Counted from the first letter of the stretch, positions 1 to 10,481 are shown. The stretch is DNA of 64,000 nucleotides from Bdellovibrionota bacterium FG-1 (GCA_051382295.1 JBBCAW010000078.1:1-64000); one strand, 5' to 3'. Notes: generated from the sequence alone by a model not told the origin. Numbers and translations are program-made.

Positions 1-77
1 GGATTAACGTCAACAGCGGTGACGCGCCAAGGAGGGGTGAGACCTAATAGGAGTTGATAGAGTTCAATATCGCGCAT
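1..77 (-). CDS. ISL3-family transposase, N-terminal part (truncated by the window edge)
   Basis: Manual translation MRDIELYQLLLGLTPPWRVTAVDVN matches the typical ISL3 transposase start (MxDxELYxxxLGLxxPWxVxxV). Confidence 0.8.
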   Translation of the reverse strand, partial: MRDIELYQLLLGLTPPWRVTAVDVN

Positions 78-180
78 GGCGAGATTTGAACTCTGGAACC
101 ATTTTTATGCAAGCACAGCGTTATACGCACCGAGTCTTACTATCGCAAATGACCTTACCCACTCGAAAGCCTGAAGAACC
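1..180 (-). mobile_element. ISL3-family insertion sequence, left end (continues beyond the window start)
   Basis: The minus strand from 180 reads GGTTCTTCAGGCTTTCGAGTGGGTAA, an ISL3-type terminal inverted repeat. An ISL3 transposase N-terminus follows, and the flank TAAAAACT is AT-rich. Confidence 0.8.
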
Positions 181-222
181 TAAAAACTGATCTGCTTCTT
201 CGATGGTAAATTTCAACGTCAA
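181..222 (-). pseudogene. 5' fragment of a RelE/ParE-like toxin, interrupted by ISL3
   Basis: TTG start overlaps the antitoxin stop (TTGA). It gives 14 codons (MTLKFTIEEADQFL) and then runs straight into the IS terminal repeat. Confidence 0.6.
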
Positions 223-512
223 CCAACGGCTTTCTTGGTGCGCTTGCCGAATACTCGATCTTTTGCTCTTTCAATGGCGGTTGTCGTGGATGCGGAAGTG
301 GCCTTGCGAGTACGTCCTTGAATCACATCGTTCAGACCCTGAGCCACACCACGAAGGCTTGCCAGTTCCATCTGCATTTTTTCGAACTCATCCGCATTAA
401 GAAGCACAAAAGCTTCACCACTTTTACGAGTAATCTTAACGGGTTCCGCACGCGCTGCTTCCATCCACTCTTTCAGATTGGCTCTGAAATCATTGGTATT
501 GGTTCTATCCAT
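219..512 (-). CDS. Phd/YefM-family antitoxin
   Basis: MDRTNTNDFRANLKEWMEAARAEPVKITRKSGEAFVLLNADEFE fits the Phd/YefM pattern. AGGAGG RBS lies upstream of ATG 512. Confidence 0.85.
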   Translation of the reverse strand: MDRTNTNDFRANLKEWMEAARAEPVKITRKSGEAFVLLNADEFEKMQMELASLRGVAQGLNDVIQGRTRKATSASTTTAIERAKDRVFGKRTKKAVG

Positions 513-531
513 AGCGTACCTCCTAAACCAT

Positions 532-560
532 ACTGTACGCCTAACGGTACCGTTTGTCAA
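532..560 (-). promoter_or_regulatory. Sigma70 promoter of the TA operon with a palindromic operator
   Basis: TTGACA-17 nt-TACAGT. The perfect palindrome AACGGTACCGTT (543-554) lies in the spacer. Confidence 0.75.
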
Positions 561-627
561 GGTGACCTAGGTACCAGCGAGGGGACGAACGCGATGACTC
601 TATAACGAAACGCCTCGCGGTTGCCGC

Positions 628-787
628 CTAATGCGAACGGTATTTCAGTACTCGCTTGAGAGTCAGCTTTTCGATCACCTTATTCATCAAGGCAAACATC
701 TCTTCAACGTCAATCGGTTTTCTCAGGAAAGCCATTGAACCGTTCCTCAGAGCATTCACGGCGTTTGTTTCGTCTCCGAAGCCGGTA
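628..787 (-). pseudogene. Response-regulator receiver-domain remnant (C-terminal half)
   Basis: TGFGDETNAVNALRNGSMAFLRKPIDVEEM contains the receiver T...KP motifs. The N-terminal half is missing and is replaced by AT-rich DNA next to tRNA-Ser. Confidence 0.6.
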
Positions 788-823
788 AATTTATAAGTGA
801 TTGAATTTATTGACTTTTTTTGA

Positions 824-914
824 TGGCGGAGAGGGCGAGATTCGAACTCGCGAGACGCTTTTGGCGTCTGCTCCCTTAGCAAGGGAGTGCCTTCGACCAC
901 TCGGCCACCTCTCC
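824..914 (-). tRNA. tRNA-Ser(GCT)
   Basis: GGAGAGG acceptor stem, CTCCC-TTGCTAA-GGGAG anticodon arm, long variable arm, TTCGAAT loop, encoded CCA. Confidence 0.97.
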
Positions 915-1188
915 ACAGGTAAGCTAATTCAGGTCGATGATGCTGCTCACCGTACCAAAGGTTTTTACTGAGAGCAACGAAAGTAAAAGCCAAAACAAAC
1001 AACACATGGCGTCAATCCATCTGCCATTGCCCCAATCTGAAATGATTCAACAAATCCTAATCCAATACAAACACGATCCCAGCAGTTGCCAGAGTAAGAT
1101 TTATTAGAAATAATTAAGAAGTGGCAGGATGCCGCAGTTATCTTACCCGGCTTGATCCCCGGGGACCCCCAAGGACAGGTGGCCCAAT

Positions 1189-2301
1189 TTGAAAAAAACG
1201 ACCTCACTCTTTTTCTTTATTCCCCTCCTCTGTGCCCTCGCCCTCCCATTAATCTGCGCTTCCGGAATCTGCGCGCACCTCCAACACACCCCGACTCCTA
1301 ACGTCATTCTATTGACACTCGATGGAGTACGCTGGGAGGAGGTCTTTCAAGGCGTAGACCCAGGCCAAAGCCTCGACTCCAATCCTAAGGTCTTTGATTT
1401 CTTGCTAGGTACCTTGAGCCAAGAAGGCTTCTTGGTCGGCGATCGCAGCCGCGGCGAGATCGTGAATGTCGGAAACCGTGCACAGAATAGCCTCCCTGGC
1501 TATCAGAGCATCATGGGGGGCGCGACCCAGCCATGCGAGACCAATGCTTGCGGCCGAATTAAGGTCGAGACCTTTCCTGAACGGATTGTTCAGGACCTCG
1601 GTCTGCGGACGGACCAAGTGGCAACCATTGCATCGTGGGAAAAAATCGCCCTCGCCGCTGAACATGTCGAAGGCACCACCTTTGTGAATGCCGGCAATCG
1701 ACCTTTCCAGCTCCCCAGTGGTCCTGATCCAGAAATCGAAGCACTGAACCAACAACAGGCACAAGACCCAACGCCGTGGGCTTATGCTCGCTTTGATAAA
1801 TATACTTTCGCACACGCCCTTCACTTTCTAAAAAAAGAGCGGCCACGTTTTTTATTTATTGCCCTCAATGATTCAGATGAGTGGGGCCATAAGGGAAAAT
1901 ACGAAAAATACCTAGCCACGCTCCGCCAACAAGACAGTTGGGTTAAAGAACTCGTCACCACCCTGAACGGAATGGGTGACTATGGCGCCCAAACCACCCT
2001 CATCATCACAACTGACCATGGCCGTGGTGATGGCAATGATTGGAACGAACACGGCTCTGGCTATAAAGATTCAAAATCAGTTTGGATCTATGGACGAAGC
2101 CCCTATACCCGCACGGTACAAGCCCGCGCCGGAACCCATACTCACTCACGAATACCAGCCTCTAAGCCCGCTTATTCACACCTCGATATCAGACCCACCA
2201 TTGAGGCCATCTTTGGACTTCCACCCAAGATGGACGGCGTCTCGCCCCCCCCCGGAAAAGTGATTCAGGAAATCACCGGAATACTCGCGCCCCATCTCTA
2301 A
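1189..2301 (+). CDS. Secreted alkaline-phosphatase-superfamily (phosphoglyceromutase-like) metalloenzyme
   Basis: Signal peptide plus NVILLTLDGVRW, DEWGH, TTDHGRG and EHG metal-binding motifs. Confidence 0.8.
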   Translation: MKKTTSLFFFIPLLCALALPLICASGICAHLQHTPTPNVILLTLDGVRWEEVFQGVDPGQSLDSNPKVFDFLLGTLSQEGFLVGDRSRGEIVNVGNRAQNSLPGYQSIMGGATQPCETNACGRIKVETFPERIVQDLGLRTDQVATIASWEKIALAAEHVEGTTFVNAGNRPFQLPSGPDPEIEALNQQQAQDPTPWAYARFDKYTFAHALHFLKKERPRFLFIALNDSDEWGHKGKYEKYLATLRQQDSWVKELVTTLNGMGDYGAQTTLIITTDHGRGDGNDWNEHGSGYKDSKSVWIYGRSPYTRTVQARAGTHTHSRIPASKPAYSHLDIRPTIEAIFGLPPKMDGVSPPPGKVIQEITGILAPHL

Positions 2302-2307
2302 AGGAGA

Positions 2308-3030
2308 TCAGGGTTTCCGCAGTGTTCTTAATATTTCATCGGCCATCAAAGCCACTTTTCGCACCGGCGAATTCTTTGCGCTTTCTAGCGCCGCCAGGGT
2401 CTGTTGATCCAATTCAGCATGGCGAGCCCCCGAAGTCAGGTGACCCGCAAACGACTTGAGCGCCACCAATTGAGGATAGGCAAGCGTGGTTTCGTTGGCC
2501 ATATCCCAGTGCTGCTCCTCCGGGCTAACCGAACCTGTATCATCGCGATCACAATGAGCGAGACTTCGACAAGGCGGTTCATTGAGAACCTGGTGCAAAA
2601 ATGCCACATCATCGGGAGACGAAATTTCGCGCCCCACCAAAAACACGATCGTTCCGCGCTCGTTGCGTTTTTCGAGGCTCAGTTTTGCGTACTTCTCCCT
2701 AAAAAGAGCTTTTGCCGGGGCATCGAGCATCCTGAACTCGCGGTCCAGCCTGGGATCATTGTCATTTTTTGAAATCAAAATTTCATCGAGCACTTTTACC
2801 TGCTCCAAATCATGCGCCGAGGCCTGGATAGGTGCGGAATTGCCAGAATTTGAAACCCCAGTCGGGCCAGAATGCAAATCAGGTGCAAGCGCCCCAGGAA
2901 CCGGGGTCGCGTGCACCTGATCTTGCGGACTAAGAACCTTTGCCACGCGTGGGTGTTTAAAACTCATAAAACTAACCAAGCAAAACCCAACCACCAGCAG
3001 CAAAGGAATAGAATAACGCTGATTAATCAT
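2308..3030 (-). CDS. Hypothetical membrane-anchored protein (HEAT-like helical C-terminus)
   Basis: 240-aa ORF with an N-terminal hydrophobic helix, overlapping the stop of the upstream gene. Confidence 0.7.
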   Translation of the reverse strand: MINQRYSIPLLLVVGFCLVSFMSFKHPRVAKVLSPQDQVHATPVPGALAPDLHSGPTGVSNSGNSAPIQASAHDLEQVKVLDEILISKNDNDPRLDREFRMLDAPAKALFREKYAKLSLEKRNERGTIVFLVGREISSPDDVAFLHQVLNEPPCRSLAHCDRDDTGSVSPEEQHWDMANETTLAYPQLVALKSFAGHLTSGARHAELDQQTLAALESAKNSPVRKVALMADEILRTLRKP

Positions 3031-3712
3031 TCGTCGAAATTGAAGAGTAAAGATCCTTTTTCAATTCTGCTTTTGCTGAAGATCCAGTAATGCGTTTGAA
3101 CTGATCATCGGAATAAATGCCCGAATCCATTTTGACCTTGTCCGTGCAATTCGTGCAAAACTTTTGAATATTTTTGAGCATGATCGTCGAAGATCCATAC
3201 GAACCGATCGAAGTCACATCACAAGCAGGTTCCCCCGCGAGCGTGGCGCCAGTCCAAATGCTCTTCATATCATGTCCCTGATCATCCAAGAAAGGAGTCG
3301 GACAAGTCGCATGGGACCAGTTGCCATTGGCGTCTTCGGTATGTCGAGACTCGTGAAAGACCACCATCATTTTTGCCACTTGTGGATGGCTAAAATCCGT
3401 ATAATTACGAGTCAGCCAAATTTTGGATGAATCATAGAACGGGATCACGCAGGCAACGGCTTTTCCGCCGCCGCAGTCATTCATGCCGACCGCGGTCACC
3501 CGAGTTTCAAAAAACTTTCCATAAAGCACGCCATCAACCGTCCCAAACACTTTTTGATGCAAAGGTGTAGCGCCATTACCTTTGATCGCCTTGATAAAGG
3601 CCATATCCTGGGTAATTTGATCGCGGACCCCTTGTGGAACATCACTATCGAAGGTATAAGCCTGGGCCAACGCCGGAAGAACGAGGGCTGTGAGAGTAAT
3701 CCAGAATTTCAT
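3023..3712 (-). CDS. Secreted Cys-rich protein with an HExxH zinc-metalloprotease motif
   Basis: Signal peptide MKFWITLTALVLPALAQA, motif VFHESRH, AAGGA RBS before ATG 3712. Confidence 0.7.
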   Translation of the reverse strand: MKFWITLTALVLPALAQAYTFDSDVPQGVRDQITQDMAFIKAIKGNGATPLHQKVFGTVDGVLYGKFFETRVTAVGMNDCGGGKAVACVIPFYDSSKIWLTRNYTDFSHPQVAKMMVVFHESRHTEDANGNWSHATCPTPFLDDQGHDMKSIWTGATLAGEPACDVTSIGSYGSSTIMLKNIQKFCTNCTDKVKMDSGIYSDDQFKRITGSSAKAELKKDLYSSISTND

Positions 3713-3828
3713 GGCAGCATCCTTTTGTGACAAGTTGAAAAACTCAATGCTAAGACGGTTGCACGCAAACGGTCGGCTTGCAAGACACAGTGCGTTTAAT
3801 GTGTATTTTTTAATAAGGCGTTTTGGCA

Positions 3829-4323
3829 ATGAGTCAATTTTTGGCAATCGACTTCGAAACCGCCAACTATTCGAATGATAGCGCTTGTGCGATCGGACTT
3901 GTTCGAGTCGAACAAAACCAAATTATTCAAAAAGAAGTTCACCTCATACGCCCGCCCCAGCGACAATTTATGTTTACCCATATTCACGGGATCACCTGGT
4001 CAGACGTTGCCAATGCCCCCACCTTTGGCGAATTATGGCCAAAAATTTCTAGTTTATTTGAAGGCTTAGATTTCATCGCCGCTCATAACGCAGGCTTCGA
4101 TAAGCGCGTCCTCTCGGGATGCTGCAGTCGATACGGCATTCCTCTTCCGAAGTCCGAATTTACTTGTACCGTTCAACTCGCCCGCAAGGCCTGGAACATT
4201 CGGCCCACGACCCTATCCCATGTCTGCACTCACCTCGGCATCCCCTTAAATCATCATGAGGCACTCTCGGATGCGTTGGCCTGCGCCAAGATCGTGCTCG
4301 CCTCAAATTTGGAAAGGCCGTGA
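3829..4323 (+). CDS. DEDDh 3'-5' exonuclease (DnaQ-like)
   Basis: AIDFETAN, AHNAGFD and HHEALSDA motifs. Confidence 0.9.
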   Translation: MSQFLAIDFETANYSNDSACAIGLVRVEQNQIIQKEVHLIRPPQRQFMFTHIHGITWSDVANAPTFGELWPKISSLFEGLDFIAAHNAGFDKRVLSGCCSRYGIPLPKSEFTCTVQLARKAWNIRPTTLSHVCTHLGIPLNHHEALSDALACAKIVLASNLERP

Positions 4324-4355
4324 TTCGGACTGAGGTTTATGGTACACGCATTGCC

Positions 4356-5378
4356 ATGACTCAATCCAACTTGCCAATTCTGGAGTTTATTCTCAATAAT
4401 TACAAGAACTTCAACTCACGAGCGACCCGTGATGCGACACTCTCCTATTGGCGGCATATTGAGGACGGCGGAAAAATGTTTTGGTCAGTCGCGGGCGCGA
4501 TGTCGTCAGCGCAATTGGGCATTACCCTGGCTCCAGCCATCCGCGCAGGCCTGATTCATGGCATGTCCGTGACTGGCGCCAACCTCGAAGAATCACTCTT
4601 TCGGCTTGTGGCCCATCACGGTTACAAAGATTTTCCAGAATACCGCTATTTCACCAAAGACGATGACACCCGTATTCTCGAACAACGCATGCGTCGCGTG
4701 ACTGATACGAGCATTCCAGAAGATGAGGCCTTTCGTGCGGTCGAAAAATACATCGTCCCTATGTGGTTGGATGCCACCAAGAATAATCATCGGCATTTTT
4801 GGCATGAGTACTTCTATGAGCTGATCCAAAAGATTGAGCCAAAACTCTACGAAGGAAACCCTGAGGATTGCTGGCTGCTCGCTGCGGCCCGTGCAAAGTT
4901 GCCTATGGTGGTCCCAGGACACGAGGACTCAACCTTTGGAAACATCTTTGCTTCGCACGTCAAAACTGGCGAATGTAGCGCCCTGATTGCAAAATCAGGC
5001 ATTGAGTACATGGGCCAGCTTTATGATGACTATCGTGAACTCTCCTCAGGCAAAGGTGTGGGCTTCTTCCAGATTGGTGGCGGTATCGCGGGCGACTTCC
5101 CCATCTGCGTGGTTCCATCGATCAAATACGACCTCGGGGAGCCTGTCAAACCCTGGGCCTATTTCTGCCAAATCTCGGACTCCACGACTTCGTACGGATC
5201 GTATTCGGGTGCTACGCCCAACGAAAAAATCACCTGGGATAAGCTCACTCGCGATACGCCGATGTTTGTCATCGAATCCGATGCGACGATCGTGGTGCCG
5301 CTCATGCTCAAGGCCCTCCTTGAAGCCAAGCAAAATCCACGCGAGGCCAATGCGCTCATCGCAAAGTGCGGGGTTTAA
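4356..5378 (+). CDS. Deoxyhypusine synthase-family protein
   Basis: AGAMSSA, TGANLEE, QIGGGIAGDFPICVVP and SGATPNEKITWDKL motifs. An alternative GTG start lies at 4320. Confidence 0.9.
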   Translation: MTQSNLPILEFILNNYKNFNSRATRDATLSYWRHIEDGGKMFWSVAGAMSSAQLGITLAPAIRAGLIHGMSVTGANLEESLFRLVAHHGYKDFPEYRYFTKDDDTRILEQRMRRVTDTSIPEDEAFRAVEKYIVPMWLDATKNNHRHFWHEYFYELIQKIEPKLYEGNPEDCWLLAAARAKLPMVVPGHEDSTFGNIFASHVKTGECSALIAKSGIEYMGQLYDDYRELSSGKGVGFFQIGGGIAGDFPICVVPSIKYDLGEPVKPWAYFCQISDSTTSYGSYSGATPNEKITWDKLTRDTPMFVIESDATIVVPLMLKALLEAKQNPREANALIAKCGV

Positions 5379-5432
5379 GACCAAGGCGCCCATATACACC
5401 TTCTGGCACAGATCTCGAATCAGTCGATCACT

Positions 5433-6092
5433 ATGCCAAGAAAAAATCTGATCAGAAACATTCAATTTCCCTACCATGTGACCGCCCGATCCAACAATAG
5501 AGAGCCATTCCCATTCGAGGTATCCCTATTTTGGAAAATTCTTTGCGATCAATCATTTGCGATCGGAATGCTATTCGACGCCCGCATTCATGCGCTGGTC
5601 CTTATGCCTAATCATTTCCATATGATTATTTCAGCTCCTGAACATGACTTAGGCGTGATCATGCAAGAATTTATGAGGTCCGTTACCAAGACTACAAATC
5701 TGAAAAATGGTCGATCCGGAAGAATCTTCGGGGCCTCCTACCATTGGACATTGATCAACTCACCGACCTATTTTGCCCATGCCTATAAGTACGTCTATCG
5801 TAATCCGGTCCGAGCGGGCCTATGCCAATCCGTGGAGGATTTTCCATTTAGTACAATTGAGAATTTGTCCTCCATTCGGCCCAAAGCATTCCCACTATGG
5901 TACCCCTTCGGGACCAGTAAATTTGCTTTAATTCCGAATGACATATCAGAGCAAATCAATTGGCTAAATACGCCGTTCCTTTTGGAACATGAACAAGAAA
6001 TCCAAAAAGCCTTGGCGAAGACGATTTTCCAACCTTCACGCCAGGGTTGGAAAAGAACTTTATCCGAATTGGCAAAAGACCAGTTAATTTGA
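5433..6092 (+). CDS. REP-associated tyrosine (Y1/HUH) transposase, RAYT-like
   Basis: YHVTARSNNR, LMPNHFH (HUH), YVYRNPVRAGL and FPFS motifs. Confidence 0.85.
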   Translation: MPRKNLIRNIQFPYHVTARSNNREPFPFEVSLFWKILCDQSFAIGMLFDARIHALVLMPNHFHMIISAPEHDLGVIMQEFMRSVTKTTNLKNGRSGRIFGASYHWTLINSPTYFAHAYKYVYRNPVRAGLCQSVEDFPFSTIENLSSIRPKAFPLWYPFGTSKFALIPNDISEQINWLNTPFLLEHEQEIQKALAKTIFQPSRQGWKRTLSELAKDQLI

Positions 6093-6129
6093 CGCACTCG
6101 GCATCAAAAAGTAACCTGATACCTTTTAT

Positions 6130-6204
6130 TGGTCCGAGCTGCAGGGGTCGAACCTGCGACATCTGCTGTGTAAAAGCAGCGCTCTACCACTGAGCTAAGC
6201 TCGG
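6130..6204 (-). tRNA. tRNA-Val(TAC)
   Basis: CCGAGCT/AGCTCGG acceptor stem, CTGCT-TTTACAC-AGCAG anticodon arm, A73, encoded CCA. Confidence 0.95.
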
Positions 6205-6216
6205 ACTTTTTACAAA

Positions 6217-9200
6217 CTAAACTGCCGCCGAAGCTTCCTCATGCCCCGAAGCCTCAATGCCTGCTTCTTCAGCCGTCTTTACGCGGGCCTGCAAGTACTT
6301 GTACTTGGTCAAACCCGTACCCGCCGGAATCAGACGCCCCATGATCACATTCTCTTTCAAGCCGCGGAGATAATCCACACGGCCTGCAATCGAAGCTTCT
6401 GTGAGCACCTTGGTGGTCTCTTGGAACGAGGCCGCCGAGATAAAGCTGTCCGTACTCAGCGATGCTTTGGTGATCCCAAGAAGCAACGGTTCAGCAGTGG
6501 CGGGTGCGCCGCCAGCTTGCAGAGCTCGTTGATTTTCAGCTTCAAAAGCCATCTTATCTGATGTTTCACCAGGCAAGAAGGTCGTGTCGCCCACGTCCTT
6601 GATCTTCACCTTACGAAGCATCGAACGAACCACCGTCTCGATGTGCTTATCGTTAATCTTCACCCCTTGGAGGCGATAGACTTCCTGCACTTCGTCAACG
6701 AGGTACTTAGCGAGGGCTTTTTCACCCAAGACCCGCAAAATATCATGTGGATTAATAGGACCATCCATCAGCGGCTCACCGGCTTTGACGTAGTCGCCTT
6801 CGTTCACCGCCAGATGGCGTCCCTTACCAATGAGATATTCTTTGGCTTCGCCGGTTTCAGGCGTGACAACAACCTTACGCTTGCCCTTGGTATCTTTACC
6901 AAAGGAGACGACGCCATCGATTTCGCTGATAACAGCAGAATCCTTGGGCTTACGCGCCTCAAACAACTCGGCCACACGTGGCAGACCGCCCGTAATATCC
7001 TTAGTCTTGGTGGTTTCACGGTGAATTTTGGCAATCGTATCACCGGCAGAAAGATGGTCACCATCCGTCACAACGAGATTGGCGCCAACTGGCACCATAT
7101 AACGCGCCACGCGGTTGGTATTCTCAATCTTTCTGATCTCGCCATTTTCATCCAAAATCAGGATCTTCGGACGTTTATCAGTCGACTTGGTTTCAGTAAT
7201 GACTTTATGAGAAAGTCCCGTCACGTTATCGAACTGCTCCTGCATCGTGACACCTTCTTCGATGTCTTCAAATTTCACGGTCCCAGAAATTTCAGTCACA
7301 ATCGGAGTCGAGTAAGGATCCCACTCGGTCATCAACCTGCCCTTATCGACAGACTCTCCGTCTTTGACAAGAACCTTGGCCCCATAAACCACGGGATATT
7401 TCTCGCGTTCACGACCTTGAGCATCATGAATCGAGATTTCACCGTTACGATTCATAACGGTAAGGTATCCCTCCTTGTTCGTGACCGTCACGATGTTCAC
7501 AAACTTGACCGTACCCTTGGTCTTGGACTCGAGGGTTGACTGCTCAGCGCGACGTGAAGCCGTACCACCGATGTGGAAAGTACGCATCGTCAGCTGAGTT
7601 CCGGGCTCACCGATCGACTGCGCAGCAATGACGCCGACTGCCTCGCCGATGCTCACCATCCGTCCGCGAGACAAATCACGACCATAACAAAGACCGCAAA
7701 TGCCCTTCTTGGACTGACAAGTCAGCACAGAGCGAATTCGAACGCGGTCGATACCGGCCTCTTCGATCTTTTTCATGAGGTCTTCGGTGATTTCCGAGTT
7801 TGCGGCAACAAAAATCTCGCCGGTCACAGGATCAATCACTTCATCCAAGGTCACACGACCCAAGATACGATCGCCCATGCGCTCGATCACTTCGCCACCT
7901 TCAATCAAGGCGCTGACATACAAGCCATCAAGGGTACAACAATCCACTTCGGTGACAATGACGTCCTGAGAAACATCGACCAAACGACGAGTCAAATAAC
8001 CCGAGTTAGCGGTCTTGAGAGCGGTGTCGGCCAAGCCCTTACGAGCGCCGTGCGTAGACACGAAGTATTGCAACACCGAAAGGCCTTCGCGAAAGTTGGC
8101 GACAATCGGAGTTTCAATGATTTCGCCCGATGGTTTAGCCATCAAACCGCGCATACCGGCCAACTGACGAATCTGGGCATTACTACCTCGGGCGCCAGAA
8201 TCAGCCATCATAAAGACCGAATTAAAGGCCGGACCCGTCATTTCAGTTGACGGCTGAGCATGCTTATCGGCGCTCTTCCAGCCCACTGGGGCCTTGAAGG
8301 TCTGAACCGAAAGACGTTTCATCATCGCGCTAGCGATTTGTTCCGAGGTCTGGGCCCAAATGTCGATCACCTTATTGTAACGCTCACCATCGGTAATGAG
8401 ACCTTCGATGTATTGATGCTCGATTTCATGCACTTGCTGGTAGGCTTTTTCGAGAAATTCTTTCTTTTCCACAGGCATTTGCATGTCGTGAATGGAGATC
8501 GAAATTCCGGCCTTCATAGCTTCGCGGAAACCGGTCTGCATCAAATGATCGGCCAGCAATACAGTCTTCTTATTTCCGGTGAGACGGAAACAAAGATCGA
8601 TCAACTCAGCTAAGTCCTTCTTGCCCAAAACCTTGTTGTACGAGCTAAAAGGGATTTCCTCGGGCACAATTTCAGACAAAAGGGCGCGGCCTACCGTGGT
8701 ATCGTGAATCGTCCCGGCAATACGGCACTTAACCTTGGTCTGGAGACCAACAACTCCCGCATCGTAAGCGTAATGAGCTTCGATCGGACTTGAAAACACC
8801 TTGCCTTCGCCCTTGGTGTAAAACCGTTCACGAGTCATGTAGTAAAGACCCAAAACAATGTCCTGCGAAGGAACAATGATCGGTTTACCATGGGCAGGTG
8901 AAAGAATATTATTGGTCGACATCATGAGCACACGAGCTTCGACCTGAGCTTCGATCGAGAGTGGCACGTGTACAGCCATTTGGTCACCATCGAAGTCGGC
9001 GTTGAAGGCCGCGCAAACGAGAGGATGAAGCTGGATGGCCTTTCCTTCGATCAATACGGGTTCAAAGGCCTGAATGCCGAGGCGATGAAGGGTCGGAGCA
9101 CGGTTCAAAAGAACAGGGTGTTCCTTAACGACTTCTTCCAAAATATCCCAAACTTCTTGGCGCTGTTTTTCGACCATTTTCTTCGCAGATTTAATGGTCG

Positions 9201-10374
9201 TGACATATCCGTACTCAGAGAGCTTATTATAGATAAAGGGCTTAAAGAGTTCGAGAGCCATCACCTTAGGCAAGCCGCATTGATGCAACTTGAGCTCAGG
9301 ACCAACCACGATTACTGAACGGCCGGAGTAATCGACACGCTTGCCGAGCAAGTTTTGACGGAAACGCCCTTGCTTACCCTTAAGCATGTCTGACAAAGAA
9401 CGGAGCGGGCGCTTATTTGGACCCGTAAAGGTCTTGCCGCGTCGACCGTTATCAAAAAGCGCATCCACAGATTCCTGGAGCATGCGCTTCTCATTACGGA
9501 TAATAATTTCAGGAGCATTCAGTTCCATCAGGCGCTTTAATCGATTGTTACGATTGATGACGCGACGATAGAGATCATTCAGATCCGATGTGGCAAAACG
9601 ACCACCATCCAAAGGAACCAAAGGACGAAGCTCGGGTGGAATAACAGGAATCACATCCAGCATCATCCACTCTGGCTTATTTGTTCCAGAAACCTTAAAG
9701 CTTTCAACAACTTTCAGACGTTTAGAAAGTTTGGTTCGCTGCGCCTCAGAGGTCGTTTGCTTGAGTTCACGACGAAGCTGACGAGATAAAATTTCAATTT
9801 CGACTTTCTTCAGCCGATCACGAATGGCTTCGCCACCCATCGAAGCGGTAAAACTAAAGCCTTCCTTAATCAACTGACCATACTTCTCTTCGGAAAGAAC
9901 CGAATTTTCTTCAACGCCGCTATTGCCCGGATCCAGAACCAAATAGGCTTCGCAATAAAGAACTTTTTCGAGATCCTTGAGAGTGATGTCCAGCAAAGCA
10001 CCAATACGCGAAGGAAGCGACCGCAAGAACCAGATATGGGCGACTGGGGTAGCTAATTCGATATGCCCCAAACGCTCACGCCGCACCTTAGATTGAATCA
10101 CCTCGACGCCGCACTTTTCGCAAACGACGCCACGGTGCTTCATGCGTTTATACTTACCGCAATTACATTCGTAGTCCTTCACCGGACCAAAGATCTTGGC
10201 GCAGAACAAACCATCACGTTCTGGCTTAAAAGTACGGTAATTGATGGTCTCAGGCTTTTTTACTTCACCATACGACCACTCACGAATTTTCTCAGGCGAA
10301 GCCAGAGAAATCCGGATGCCGGTAAAACTCAACGGATCTTTAGGTTTGTCAAAAAAGTTAAGAAGATCTTTCAT
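6217..10374 (-). CDS. rpoC: RNA polymerase beta' subunit
   Basis: [12 protein letters not shown] catalytic motif and N-terminal Zn ribbon. Confidence 0.99.
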   Translation of the reverse strand: MKDLLNFFDKPKDPLSFTGIRISLASPEKIREWSYGEVKKPETINYRTFKPERDGLFCAKIFGPVKDYECNCGKYKRMKHRGVVCEKCGVEVIQSKVRRERLGHIELATPVAHIWFLRSLPSRIGALLDITLKDLEKVLYCEAYLVLDPGNSGVEENSVLSEEKYGQLIKEGFSFTASMGGEAIRDRLKKVEIEILSRQLRRELKQTTSEAQRTKLSKRLKVVESFKVSGTNKPEWMMLDVIPVIPPELRPLVPLDGGRFATSDLNDLYRRVINRNNRLKRLMELNAPEIIIRNEKRMLQESVDALFDNGRRGKTFTGPNKRPLRSLSDMLKGKQGRFRQNLLGKRVDYSGRSVIVVGPELKLHQCGLPKVMALELFKPFIYNKLSEYGYVTTIKSAKKMVEKQRQEVWDILEEVVKEHPVLLNRAPTLHRLGIQAFEPVLIEGKAIQLHPLVCAAFNADFDGDQMAVHVPLSIEAQVEARVLMMSTNNILSPAHGKPIIVPSQDIVLGLYYMTRERFYTKGEGKVFSSPIEAHYAYDAGVVGLQTKVKCRIAGTIHDTTVGRALLSEIVPEEIPFSSYNKVLGKKDLAELIDLCFRLTGNKKTVLLADHLMQTGFREAMKAGISISIHDMQMPVEKKEFLEKAYQQVHEIEHQYIEGLITDGERYNKVIDIWAQTSEQIASAMMKRLSVQTFKAPVGWKSADKHAQPSTEMTGPAFNSVFMMADSGARGSNAQIRQLAGMRGLMAKPSGEIIETPIVANFREGLSVLQYFVSTHGARKGLADTALKTANSGYLTRRLVDVSQDVIVTEVDCCTLDGLYVSALIEGGEVIERMGDRILGRVTLDEVIDPVTGEIFVAANSEITEDLMKKIEEAGIDRVRIRSVLTCQSKKGICGLCYGRDLSRGRMVSIGEAVGVIAAQSIGEPGTQLTMRTFHIGGTASRRAEQSTLESKTKGTVKFVNIVTVTNKEGYLTVMNRNGEISIHDAQGREREKYPVVYGAKVLVKDGESVDKGRLMTEWDPYSTPIVTEISGTVKFEDIEEGVTMQEQFDNVTGLSHKVITETKSTDKRPKILILDENGEIRKIENTNRVARYMVPVGANLVVTDGDHLSAGDTIAKIHRETTKTKDITGGLPRVAELFEARKPKDSAVISEIDGVVSFGKDTKGKRKVVVTPETGEAKEYLIGKGRHLAVNEGDYVKAGEPLMDGPINPHDILRVLGEKALAKYLVDEVQEVYRLQGVKINDKHIETVVRSMLRKVKIKDVGDTTFLPGETSDKMAFEAENQRALQAGGAPATAEPLLLGITKASLSTDSFISAASFQETTKVLTEASIAGRVDYLRGLKENVIMGRLIPAGTGLTKYKYLQARVKTAEEAGIEASGHEEASAAV

Positions 10375-10481
10375 TCTGCCCTCGATCTTGTCCGCCTAGC
10401 TCTCCCATCCTTGGGGTTCGCTTCAGGCTATCGCCAGCACTGGCCGGCGGCTTGGTCCATCCAGAACCTGGTTCCGTATTC

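Noticed and set aside
628..1005. 125-aa ORF as a real gene
   Set aside because: It runs through tRNA-Ser. Only the last ~53 codons resemble a protein (the receiver remnant).
5404..5420. Sigma54 promoter upstream of the RAYT gene
   Set aside because: TGGCAC is present, but the -12 position reads TCGA rather than TTGC.
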